Source of the DNA: Eledone cirrhosa
Taxonomy: Eukaryota
Direction of reading: 5' to 3'
Length of the DNA: 64,000 nucleotides
Assembly (NCBI GenBank): GCA_964016885.1
Contig: OZ024742.1
Location: forward strand, 355,818,001-355,882,000
Part shown: one piece after another, positions 11,661 through 25,191 of the stretch
How positions within the stretch are numbered: position 1 is the first letter of the stretch
Layout of the letters: each line of letters begins with the position of its first letter
The notes under the pieces: model-generated
Databases searched by the model: none
What the model was told of the DNA's origin: nothing
What the model saw: the letters and a program-made list of their open reading frames with translations, nothing else
Made by a program: the position numbers and the translations under genes

Positions 11661-13798
11661 CTCTCCTAAATAATCAAATGTTTTTCTCTACTGAAGTCCC
11701 TCGTAATAAATGTACACAAGAATATTTCGTGCATAAACTTAATAAATTCAATAAAATCTCAAAATAAGTAATAAGCACTCAGTACATTTTTGCACCGTCA
11801 CTTTTTGATAACACAACATTACCGAGGTATTCAGGAATCGCTCTCACTGAACTCTCATATAATATGCTCAGGCATTAATGATTGCATTCACTTTCCATTT
11901 CAAGCGAAACTCGAGGAAAGCATTAAGGTGATAGATTATAAAAATATATATTACGAATTTAGAATTAATCGAAACACTGAATAATGTTGAGACGTTAGCC
12001 ATTTTGTTTGCTTCGAACATCAATCTTTATAAAGTAAGAAATATTACCGGTAAATTATCAAAATTCCGAACGATTTGTTTCCGGTATTAGGCACGTAAAT
12101 AACCACATTTGTAGGGGAAAAAATGAAAATATTTTGACATAAACCAAATTTATGAAAATGGATAGTGAAAATCCCAATATAGTTTTTTCTACTTCCTCTT
12201 CTTCCTGGTGTTAGTAATATTAGTGATGCTGCAGCAGATACTGCTGCTACTACTGCTGTTACTACTGCTGCTGATGCTGCAAGTTGTTCTTGGATATATC
12301 ACTTAATATCTCGATTGCATGTGTAAAGGAAATCATTTAACAACATCGGCTAGATTGAACGCAAACTACAAAATCGATCAATTGAATGAAAGATAATATA
12401 GATTAGGTCCATTTAGACCTGATACTGTTTTCTCTTAACGTCTGCTGCCACCACCAATGTAGTTGTGGTTGTCGTTATAGCTGTTATTTTGATTACGGTT
12501 CTGGTTTTGATTTTATTTTTTCACCGCCTTTGACTGCTTTGATAATGTAGAGAAGACCATTTCTACAATAAAAGGTTGCAACATATTATCGCCTAATTAA
12601 CTGCAGAATAGGATATTGGATTTGAATAATGACAGGTTGGCACAAAAATATCCTTTAGTAAGTAAACGACATAGAGACCAGAGTGATATCTGAGCGAGAT
12701 TTGACGTATTTCAAGAATTCAATAGATTTTCATTTTCCTTAACTGCAGTCTGTACTAATTAGTGTGCCATTCACTGAAACTTGGAATACTAAAATTGTAT
12801 TCTTTACCAGCAATCTATTGATATATAGTGCCATTGCGTAATAGGATACTTTTATTTGTAATTCGATTATTTACAAAATGAAATTAGATGAATCAATTTA
12901 CTATTATTACTTCAGCAATGTGTACGCAATGCAACCTAAGTTTCTTAACAATAAACGTATATACCTATATAGTTTATACTTGTGTGCATGAACTCGTAGA
13001 CTGCGTATATATTTAGAGAAGTTTTAATGAGTTTTTTAAAATAAATGTGGCGTTTAGACCTATACAGGCAACTACATATATCTTTGTATATCTGTATACA
13101 AAAATAAGACTGTATATGTCTGAACTAGAGTTTACACAAATCTAAACCAAACCGAAGCCATCTACGAACGCAAGCAAATGTAAAGCTCAATCATACAATA
13201 AACTCTAACTATAAAACCATAGTGCATCACGCATTGATTAACTCGAAACACGCCCTTCAAAGCAATACCACAGTCTAGCCACCCCAAACCTAATCAGTCT
13301 TCAAAAATGATTGCTATGGGCTGTTGGCTTCTTCAGGCGGCAGCCATCTTATTACGTAGTTTCTATATTAATTCATGTTTCATAGAAATACGGAGCTGAA
13401 CAATATATGAGATGCCACAGATACATTCATTTAACATATCTACATAAAGCTAAAAATGGATATGTAAAACGATGTTATTTGTATATGTATATACATGAAA
13501 TTAAAGAGCGTGAAATGAATGTAGAAAACGTTATCATCTACTTGATCATTTTTCAATACTATTAAATGTTCTACTGATTTCAAATCACTTAAAAAGAAAC
13601 GCACACTAAACAATGAACACAATCCCCACATATACATATGTGCTTATTATGTGTAAATGTAAATGTGTATATGTGTGTGTGTGTTATTGCTAATAGGTTA
13701 TTTAATCCTAAGATTAAGTATTCCAGGGATTCGAATCTATATTAATCTTTATCTATTTTCCGAAACAATTAATACAATGTTTAAACCATCAACATGGT

Positions 13799-13930
13799 AG
13801 AAGAAGAAGAAGAAGAAGAAGAAGAAGAAGAAGAAGAAGAAGAAGAAGAAGAAGAAGAAGAAGAAGAAGAAGAAGAAGAAGAAGAAGAAGAAGAAGAAGA
13901 AGAAGAAGAAGAAGAAGAAGAAGAAGAAGA
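13799..13930. repeat. (GAA)n microsatellite
   Basis: Seen directly. Confidence 0.98.
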
Positions 13931-14189
13931 TAGTTAAATGGTTAATATTTATTGATTTTAAATTTCAAGAACTACTACACATCAATAATTAATTAGTACT
14001 AAAATTAATGGTTCTCTAAAACAATTCATTTAATTTGTTTTATGCTGTTTAAGGAACAATATAGTTAATAATGAGATACAGGTTAATTTAGTTGAACACA
14101 AAATCAGCTTAAATTCTTGAGTCACGTACAACCCCTGTATATCTTCCAAATATTTCAAAATATATTATACCCAGCTTAAAGCTTTCGTT

Positions 14190-14695
14190 ACAAAGATGGA
14201 TTGGCAGTATCGGTAGAGGGTCGTACACCATGCTTTGCAGCAAAGAGTTACGTACCTTTATAGTCTGAGTTAAAATCCCACTGAGGTTAGCTTTGTCTTT
14301 CATCCTTACGTTGTCGATAAATTAAAGAAGCAGAAATACACTGGGGTAATTGCTGGCCTTGTGCCAAAAGTAGAAACAATTAATTCTAATGAAAAACGTG
14401 CTGTGGATTGGCAGTATTGGTAGAGCGTCGGGCACCATACTTCGTGACATAAAGTTACAGCTATTTCCTTTCTAATTTCAAATGCCACCGAGGTTTACTT
14501 TGCCTATCATCCTTATATGGTAGATAAATTAAAGTACCAGTAACGCACTTGGCTCGATTTAATCGACCTAATCAGAAACTATTATTTCTACGAGGTTAAC
14601 TTTGCCTTTCATCCTTACGGGGTCGATAAAATAAAGTACCAGTAATACACTGGGAAATTGCTGGCCTTGTGCCAAAAGTAGAAACAATTATTTCT
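14190..14695 (+). mobile_element. Tandem run of three SINE copies
   Basis: SINE head, core and tail motifs repeated head to tail. Confidence 0.8.
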
Positions 14696-14959
14696 AAAGA
14701 AACTCATGGCACCTGTGTGTCAAATAATCGACGATTTAGAGAAATAAATAAATTGTCACACATTTTTAAGCTGGTACCTGAAACACATATCAATAATTCT
14801 GTATTGTATATAACCATGACAGTAGATTTGAAATTAAATATGACCTCTTTGAAACAAAAGACTTTGTATCATAGGATCAGGGTTGGTTTCAATTGCTTTG
14901 ATTTCGGAAGTTTTAACGTACATTTTCTTAAATTATTGGATGAATCTAACCCTATAGAT

Positions 14960-15512
14960 ATTGGCGGCGAATGTGCAGATTCGGTAAAATGTCGGAAAGA
15001 ATGCTTTGTGGTATTGCTTCCGGCTGTCTGTTTTCCAAATTCAATCCCGCCGAGGTCAATTTTGTTTTTCATCTATACAAGGTCGATAAGAATCTACCAG
15101 TGGAGTACTAGGATCGAATCTTCTTCTATTTCTCTTATTCACTTCTATTCCCTCACTCTCTCTATCCTTCGCCGGAGGAAATCTTCTGTATTTAGAGCTG
15201 CAGAGTTGCAGAGGAACCGCCGGTCTGAAAACGAAAATGCCCTAGAAACGCCGTATATGAATTAGATACCTCCACGTATACCTCGGGAGTTACAGGATAA
15301 AGAGAAGAATCCTTTAGATAATGGTTTCTGATATAAGCACAAGGCCAACAAATATGGGGGTAGGGATACTAGTGCTTTATTTTATCGACCTCGTAACAAC
15401 GAAAGACAAAGCTAACCTCAGCGGTATTCGAACTCAGAACGTAAATGGGTATAACACTATGCTGCGAAGCATGGTGTAAGAGGCTCTACCAACTACTGCC
15501 ATTCCACCGCCC
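14960..15512. mobile_element. SINE copies (plus ~14960-15115; minus ~15323-15512 with 18-bp TSD)
   Basis: aagaatcct(t/a)tagataat flanks the minus-strand copy. Confidence 0.75.
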
Positions 15513-16365
15513 AAAGAATCCTATAGATAATATTTTAACATCTACGATTTTTTAATGGATCGTAATCGTCCGAAATTTTGAGTTAAACTAAATTAGAAGG
15601 AAAATAGCATTGATTGGGTAGAATATTACTACATTAATAATTGATCTAGTAACCACATCTTAGACTGCACAGAAATGACCAGTATTCGGTTATTAAACCC
15701 CCCCCCCCCCACACACACACACAAAATAATAAAACAACGTCTATAATGAAATTAGAATTTGAATTGTTTTATATTATCATTAATCTCTAGACTAATTAAT
15801 TGTGTATATTAATAAAATAATTATTTAAACATTGTTGCAAGAACCACTCGAATACTATACAGACTATGGAAATCACCTCACATTGACGTGAAATATTATT
15901 AACTGTTACCAGAGTCACTAATCTAACAACCCTTATATATTTCTATATCTCTACAGTAATATGCTTCTTAATGGAGTCACCCACTCACTCTGGCGCTAAC
16001 AGTTACTATACATTCAGTTCTATTTAACAGGAATATGAATTGTCCCTGGTAAATGCATTATTCAGTCTGTATACAATACAAAATTGCTTCTGTAAGACTT
16101 CCATATGTAAATCAAGTTTACACACACACACACACAGTCATCATATATATATACGTACATACATATATGTATACGTACATACATATATGTATACAGACTT
16201 ACAGTAGTATGTATATATATATACATACATGCGCACACACATATATATATGTACGTATGGATTTACCGAGCATTTATTATAATGCTCGGTTTGATTGTAA
16301 ATAAACATCCCGAATTAAGCCGTACAGCAACCATCGTTGCCCTTTTGTTCAACACTGACAAAGGA

Positions 16366-16408
16366 ACGATGTACTAGTTTCAAGCTTATTAGCTATCGTC
16401 AGCACCGT
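16366..16408 (-). ncRNA. Minimal type-I hammerhead ribozyme (PLE-type)
   Basis: Minus strand: acggtg-CTGACGA-tAGCTaataAGCTt-GAAA-CTAG-TA-catcgt; complete core, stems I and II, palindromic stem III. Confidence 0.8.
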
Positions 16409-17850
16409 ATACCATCCTGCCAGAAGATTGAACGTCTGAAAGTATATACTTTCCTTATGCATATTAACGGCTGAGCAGCATAATTTGCATATCGAGTGAG
16501 TTAATCGGCCGGGCGCACCGAAAACGATAAATGGAAAAAAATGATACGAAATTTCATTGTTCACTCTTAGTACGGTTGTTACTTAAATATAAGTGTGTAT
16601 ACGTACATACATATATGTATACAGACGTACAGTAGTATGTATATATATATATACATACATGCACACATATATATAAGCTCGCTTCCTAAATTGCTACTTT
16701 ACACAGTTGCTCTTTATAATCAGTTCGTTTATATTCTTCTCATTCCCTTAGCTTTATATCAATATAATTATAATGCAAACCAATGTAGCCGGCCTTGAAG
16801 CTATTCCACTCTGTACGGTGATTTATTTACTTGTGTACTTAGAGAAATAAATATAATTTTATATGATTTTCTGGTCAACAACAATGTCAAAATTATTTGT
16901 GGAGATTCCTTAAATTATACCTTGCAGATTAACCTTTTGCAGGAGGGAAATATTTCTACAAAACGTATTGCTTGTTGAGGCATAAATAGTTAAGTCCAGA
17001 ATTTCTTTTCAATTTCTGACATCGAACCAAAATAGAAAACTGAAAACGTTTCGAGCACGAAATTAAGTAATATCTTAGCATATATTGTATATCATGCTAT
17101 CTTGATATACTCGATAATAGTGACCTCGAAGGATACACTGCAAGTCAAATGTCATTATATTAAAATGGATTATTGAAACAAAGATATATTCGAGCATAAA
17201 ACGGGAACAAATAAACATTTCTCACATAAAACGGAATGAAATGGAAGAGAAAGAGAGAGAAGACATATGATCCGTGATAATATTTTACAGCGAATGAAAT
17301 GAAGAGGTCAAATTTTAAAATATTTAGTGTTTATACTTTTATATATTTTTTATTATATCGTGTTCAATAGGATGTAGTTTATTTGCCCTCAGTGTTGTGT
17401 TTCCATACAGCTTTAATCCAGCATACATGACACGATGATGATCACATTAATACAATTACATTTAAAGGATTTGTTGCAATATTCTCGTCTTAACATAATG
17501 TTCTTCAACGTTCAGCTTATGTTCTTATACGCCACAGAAATGTCAAGTTATGAACTGTTTTAAAATATCATTGCCAACCTATCACCTAAAGCTGCAAGAC
17601 TTCTGAGTGGCATATGTTCATCAGATGTCAGCAGATGTTCACGAAACCCCAAAAAGTATATTTGTTAAGGAATTAGATAAAGCTGAATTAATAATCTTAA
17701 TCTACATCGGGGTATTAACCCACACGTAAACAGAATGTTCAATGGATGAATCAAATATCGTCTTTTATATTAGGTAAGTAACATATAGAGAATCATTGCG
17801 ACAATGTATATATATATATATAGAGAGAGAGATAGAGAGAGAGAGATGAT

Positions 17851-18157
<307 letters not shown>

Positions 18158-18169
18158 GCACACACACAC

Positions 18170-18317
18170 ACTCCGACAAACAAGAGCAGCAGCAATAAAC
18201 TCCCTGTTGCACCATTGGCCAAGCAGGGAACGCTGGCTATAAAAAGTGTAGCATTGGTGGCGGGGCTCCAATATGGCCTCAGCCCTTCAGCTGGAACACA
18301 AATAAACAAATAAATAA
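18170..18317 (+). mobile_element. 3' terminal fragment of a CR1-type LINE
   Basis: RAAAINSLLHHWP matches KTAATNSLLHQWP of the 34-kb element; shared 3' UTR atggcctcagcc...gctggaac. Confidence 0.7.
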
Positions 18318-18318
18318 A

Positions 18319-18349
<31 letters not shown>

Positions 18350-18429
18350 TTATATGTATATATATATATATGTATATATATTTACATGTACAAATATATA
18401 CATACAAATATATGCATACATAAATACAT

Positions 18430-18815
18430 ACATGGTGGCTGCCAACTCGTTTTCGAGTACGCCCACTACTTTATATTCATGTAGGAGAACCCCTACCGAT
18501 GCGCTTAACAAGTCACTCTTTAGTCCAGCCAGCGACTTGAACACTCTGGTACAAACACTACACTTGTGACAATTATTGACACACAGTGCTGGGCCCATGG
18601 TACCATGTGATGACAAGGGCAGAGAGATCTCCAGATATAAAGCAATGTCTCTGCCATGAAGCTTTTATAGTGAGCAAAGGCACTGCACAAAGCCAGACCC
18701 ACTCTCTTAACCAAGATGAAATTTACCAAAAAGAAGAACAAGTCAACATCATTGGATACCATCAGGGTTGCAGGTGTTACATCAGAGATTTCCTTCTCCT
18801 AGATTCCTGCCTTGA
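18430..18815 (-). mobile_element. Possible LINE 3' remnant with a degenerate C2H2 finger (RTE-like)
   Basis: CSVCTRVFKSLAGLKSDL followed by a (TATG)-like tail. Confidence 0.4.
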
Positions 18816-18897
18816 CATGCATACATACATAAATACATACATACATACATACATACATACATACATACATACATACATACATACATACATACATACA

Positions 18898-21800
18898 ACG
18901 CGATCAGTCGCATATTTGGGCGTGGGAGACTATTTATTAAATTTAAGATGAATACTATCTCCGACAGTAATGCCACAACTACAGCCAGGTTGAATAACTG
19001 GTTATTCTTCTAACTATTCCTTCTGAAGACACCTTTTATTCGAATTCGTAGAGATATCCGACTAAATACATAATTCATTTTACAAGGATTTTCTACAAAC
19101 AGCATGGCTGAACACAACATCAACAACAAAATTAAGGAAGTATCGAAGACAAATAACAAAGATGGTAATCAAACTTTATTCAGTTGTAGCTACAGAAGAA
19201 ACCGAAATTGTAAATCGCATTTCTCTTGGAGTTGCGAACTTAATAATGATTTATTTAATTGTTATAAAATGGCAAAAAACAATCACTCCATTGGCTATAT
19301 AAATAGAATGAAGCTACACTGGGACGAAATGCACCTAGAGCTAAATTGTTTCATAGCGAAACAATTACGCCAACAAGCGACGTTTGTTGAACGTAAAAAT
19401 AAGATAAATATTATTAATTGTAAGTCCTCCACAACAAACATGGAATCAACAACACGTGCTACAGATCGCCATGCTACTAGACTTCATAGCAGCCAGGTCG
19501 AACAGCGCCATGAAACAACTATGCCTATAAGAAACTTGACACCACCTGTACCATGTAAGTCTACCTCGAATGCTGGGGAAAACACTATCGATAATAATAA
19601 TAATCGAAGAAATAATAATAATAATCGAATAAATGTGACACCACGTATACCATCCGAGTCTACCTCGACTGTTGTGGAAAATACTATCGATAATGATAAT
19701 CAAAAGTATAAACAATTGAAAATTTCCCTCAACGAAATCTTCCAGAGAGAAATTAACTCATGTATAAATATCTCTCTGGCTGAACGTGTTTAAATGACAA
19801 TTGTGAATAAAAATCCAAATAATGAAATACTACGTGTTAGTGACGAAATAGGGGATGAATATTTACGACTTATAAAAGCCCAACATTTTGGGAAATCAAA
19901 GCCTGTTTACATGCCTTAGCAATGACAGTGAAGCATTATCTTGGTGATAGCAGAGATATTAGCAAGACCAAAACACCACCAAAAATACCATCATATATAA
20001 CTAAAATAGAAAAAAAGAGTGCTGACCTACGAAAAAACATAGGACATGTGACATTGCTACTTACATGCAAACAAACACAAAAAAACCTCACTCCTCACCA
20101 ACAAAGATTGAAAAATAAAATAGAGACAATGTTTGGTAAAGTAGAACCAGAACTCTCCAATATAAGCTGATCAACCTCAAACAAGAATTGAGAGCTGTTA
20201 GCTAAAAACACCGATACCTGAAGAAGGTAGATGAAAGAAAAAAACTAATATTATATCGGTGGTATCTTACTGACCTCTACCAACAAGTTATTAAGGGAGA
20301 TACACTTATACCAGAATGGTTGACATTAGCACAAACGTTATTGGTCCCCAAGAACAAAGACACCCACTTGGCAAAAACTACCGACCCATTGCATGCCAGA
20401 ACCTGATGTATAAGATGTATAGAGCCTGTCTGAACCTATTCCTCCAAGAACACTGTGAAAATAATAACATCATCACAGATGAACAAGCAGCTGGAAAGAA
20501 AACGGTTTAGGAATGTGCTGAACAACTGCTAATCAACAAAACTGCGATGTCGGAGGTGCGACAACATAGGAGGAATATGACTACAGTTTGGCTGGACTAC
20601 AAGAAAGCTTTCGATTCTGTTCCCCACTCTTGGATGATAGAGGCCCTTCAACTTGCTAAAGTACCAGACATTATTGTCAGAGCTATAGAGAGACTGTATT
20701 CTTCTTGTGCTACTATCCTAAGGTTAAAGACAGAGAGGGAGGACTCTATTATCACTGATAAAATAAAATATTGCTGGGGTATATTTCAGGGGGACAGTCT
20801 CTCTGGGATATTGTTCATCTTGTCATTAAAGCCCTTGTCCTTTCTGCTCAAGAAATGTGAGGGATACATCATTGGCTCACAGGAGGACAGAAATACGAAC
20901 CTAACCCATAACTTCTTTGTTAACGATCTGAAATTCTATGCCAAGAACATGGATGGGATGAAAACAAATCTTGACCTGGTTACAACATTCTCATAGGATA
21001 TAGGAATGGAGTTTGGCCAAGATAAATGCTCATACATGACTGTAAAGCGGGGAAAAACAACAACCCAATCTAGCAACATTGTCATCAATGGTCTAACTAT
21101 TTCACCGATATCTGATGAGGACTGCCACAGATACCTGGAGATAGATGAGAACATATCCTATAATGGTATCTGTAATAAAGAACGCGTAACCAGGGAATAC
21201 TACACCCGATTAAGAAAGATCTGGTCATCGGAATTCTCTGCGCAAAACAAAAGTGTGGCTCACAATGTGTTTGCTGTGCCTGTCCTAACACCAACGTTTG
21301 GAATACTCAATTGGACAATAGACTAAAGCCGAGCAGTTGATGTTGGAACTCGAAAAATACTGAACAACAACAGTGACATAGACCGCCTTTACTTGAAACG
21401 TAAGCAGGAAGGCAGAGGCCTAACATCAGTCCAGACAACATTTGAATGTCGCATCATATCTCCCCGACAACATCAACGAACCTCGACGCGTAGGAGGCCG
21501 CTTCTCGAGCAAGTTTATCTGCATGAAACAGATAAGATCATGAGAGTTGGGAAGGAACTCCTTGAGAGATATTCCCTGTGTGATAATGAAAAACTCACAT
21601 CCAGGGATGTCGATCAGCAGTATCGCAGTGAATCCATGGATGAAAAACTGCATCCCCATCAGTAAAAAATCATGCATGGATATGTTGCCAGGAAGCTCCA
21701 GAGTGAGAGTAATATAGATAAGGAAAGTAGTCTATCTTTGACAACAACCGCTATATTGGCTCCCACTTTGAAGGATACGCTTTTGCAATCCAAGAACAGG

Positions 21801-22675
21801 AGATTAGCACGAAATACCTGATTCACAAAAGAGATAGGGATGCAAGCAAAACACCTAGATGTGATAACAAGTGCAGACTCTGCAGAACTAACATCGAGGA
21901 TATCACCCATGTCATTCACAGCTGCCCAAAGATGTCATCGCGGTACTATCTACCTATGAGACATGATGTAGTGGCCAAAACACTGTACAATGCAGTTCGT
22001 AAAAAAGATAGCCCCGATAATAAACACATTAAAAGCTACAACAATGTGGAAGACATCAATGTACATAATATGAAAGAGTACTGGTGGAATGTTCCAGTAA
22101 AATCTCCAATAAAATGCAGGCATAACAGACCAGATATTATGATATGGGACAGGGAGAAGAAAACATGCACAGTAGTGCAAATTAGCTGCCCAGCAGATGC
22201 CAATATAATATCAAAGATTAGTGAAAAGGAGAATATTTATGCAAACTGATGAGAAATCTGCAGATACTCCACCCTGATTACACCTTCAGATGTATGCCTG
22301 GGTATGTTAGTAACTGCTTCAATACAAATATTGAGAAGCTAGGCTTCACAGGAACAGAAAGAACACAACTAGTTAGGAAACTACAAATACAATCCATTAA
22401 TGGAACAGTAAAAAATATGTAAAATATTCTAAAAATGTTGCATCTAATAACTGCATATATACATGTACAGATACAAAGCATATACACATGCACACATACA
22501 ACTCAAAACATACACATTCACACATAAAATAACATCCATATCTACACATGCATGCATACATACATATCTACCTAGTTGATGTTGTGTAAATTCCAATGAG
22601 AGAGTCTTGTGTAAATGTTAGAAACTGACTCTCTCTCTATTGGTAAAACTTTGTGAAATTATAAAACCAGAAGAA
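18898..22675 (+). mobile_element. Decayed, near full-length R4-clade RLE retrotransposon (family 2, copy D) between (CATA)n tracts
   Basis: Myb-like WSCELNNDLFNCY, NYRPIAC, DYKKAFD, FQGDSLS, RHDVVA, HNRPDI; many stops; ~300-bp internal deletion near 20240 relative to copy F. Confidence 0.9.
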
Positions 22676-22750
22676 CATACATACATACATACATACATAC
22701 ATACATACATACATACATACATACATACATACATACATACATACATACAT

Positions 22751-23742
22751 CGTAGAGATATCCGACTAAATACATAATTCATTTTAGAAGGATTTGCTCC
22801 AAACAGCATCGCTGAACACAACATCAACAAAAAATTAAGGAAGTATCGAAGACAAATAACAAGGAAGGTAATCAAACTTTATTCAGTTGTAGTTACAGAA
22901 GAAATCGAAATTATAAATTGCATTTCTCTTGGAGTTGCGAACTTAATAATGATTTATTTATTTGTTATAAAATGGCAAAAAACAAACCCTGCATTGGCTA
23001 TATAAATAGAATGAAGCTACACTGGGACGAAATGCACCCAGAGCTAAATTATTTCACATGAAACAATTACGCCAACAAGCGACGTTTGTTGAACGTAAAA
23101 ATAAGATAAATATTATTAATTGTAAGTCCCCCACAACAAACATGGTATCAACATCACCTGCTACAGGTTGCCATGCTACTACACTTCCTAGCAGCCAGGT
23201 CGAACAGAGCCTTGAAACAACTATGCCTGTAAGAAACTTGACACCACCTGTACCATCTAAGTCTACATCGAATCGTGGAGAAAACACTATCGATGATAAT
23301 AATAATAGAATAAATGTAACACCACGTGTACCATCCGAGCTACCTCGACTGTTGTGGAAAATACTATCGATAATGATTATCAAAAGTAAAAACAATTGAA
23401 AATTTCCTGCAACGAAATCTTCCAGAGAGAAATTAACTCATGTATAAATATCTCTCTTGCAGAACGTGTTAAAACGACAATGGTGAATAAAAAACCAAAT
23501 AATGAAATAATACGTGTTATTGACGAAATAGGGGATGAATATTTACGACGGATAAAAACCCCAATCGGCAGTCAAGCATTATCTTGGTGATAGCAGAGAT
23601 ATTAACAAGAAAAAAACACCACCAAAAATACCATCATATATAACTAAAATTGAAAAACAAAAGTGCTGACCTACGAAAAAACATAGGACATTTGACAATG
23701 CTCCTTACATGCAAACAAACACAAAAAAACTTCACTCCTCGT
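22751..23742 (+). mobile_element. 5' portion of family-2 RLE element (copy E)
   Basis: Collinear with 19047-20095; starts directly after (CATA)n. Confidence 0.9.
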
Positions 23743-23749
23743 TCCAAAA

Positions 23750-23785
23750 TACCTTAACCCGTGCTACGCCGGGTACCACTGTTAG
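23750..23785 (+). mobile_element. Helitron-like 3' terminus fragment
   Basis: Hairpin acccg-tgctacgc-cgggt then TTAG|T; resembles the end of the element at 55974. Confidence 0.5.
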
Positions 23786-23856
<71 letters not shown>

Positions 23857-23963
23857 TTGATATATATATACGGCTTCCGCATGATAAATATTGATGTTTC
23901 TCTTTGACTAAGGTATTTAATAACTATCTGTGATTACCTCCAAGGTAAATTTAGATCTACATA

Positions 23964-24053
<90 letters not shown>

Positions 24054-24179
24054 GATGTAGAAGAGGCTTCTACAGTTCTAGTCTTGTAGAAGTCTTTTCT
24101 ACAGTGAAAATGTATACTCTGCTTTGAATTGAGTACCTAACTTACTGTGGTTACTAACGGTTGAACTCGGGACAAACTA

Positions 24180-24347
<168 letters not shown>

Positions 24348-24369
24348 GTGTGTGTATGTATATATATAT

Positions 24370-24401
<32 letters not shown>

Positions 24402-24790
24402 TTAAAATAGACGCATGGAGGCTCGACCTCTACATAATCTTGAACCTCTATTAAAACGGAAAATGCTCACCTGTCGTACCCGGACTTTTTATAATACATC
24501 CACACTCTACTATCCCAAGTATCGTATAGTCTGTTGGATCCTGGTCTATCCACTTTCAACTGATTCCAAGAGCGGTGACATCTAGCTACTTTTATCTGGA
24601 TCTATCGACAATGGTAAGTTTGTAACCTCATCTCGTACCGGATAAAAAAATGTGTCCGGGAAAGACTGCCCTAACACCGGCCACAGTTACCTCCCTTGAC
24701 CTGCTGCAAAATCAAAACAAACTATTTTTGCGAACAATGAACATAGACGTGGATTTAACCACCCACACAATTTCCGAGCAATGTAAGGAA

Positions 24791-24860
24791 CACTTTTGAT
24801 TATTAATGCCCTTAAGAATCCCAACTGGACGAAACGTACGTAGGTGCTGTTTTCAATAAA
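24791..24860 (+). ncRNA. Degenerate minimal hammerhead followed by AATAAA
   Basis: cact-tTTGATTA...GAAA-CGTACG-TA-ggtg; 5' core mutated. Confidence 0.45.
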
Positions 24861-25068
24861 CATGTTTTAACGGTGTATTCTCCGATTTCTTACTTTCCCA
24901 CATGCTTACGCTCTGCTAACTTTCTAGCCCACTAAATATTAACACTTCGAGTATTTAATACTGCCGGCACTAGTATCGAGCACCTTTGACATACGCTACT
25001 TGGCAAATAACTATATGTATCACCTATCCTCCGCTTTCTTTTCTCTCTCTCGATACGTAAATACTGTA

Positions 25069-25174
<106 letters not shown>

Positions 25175-25191
25175 GATATATACATACATAC

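Noticed and set aside
14190-14695. tRNA gene or CRISPR-like array
   Set aside because: A/B boxes belong to SINE heads with no cloverleaf; the repeats are diverged SINEs without unique spacers
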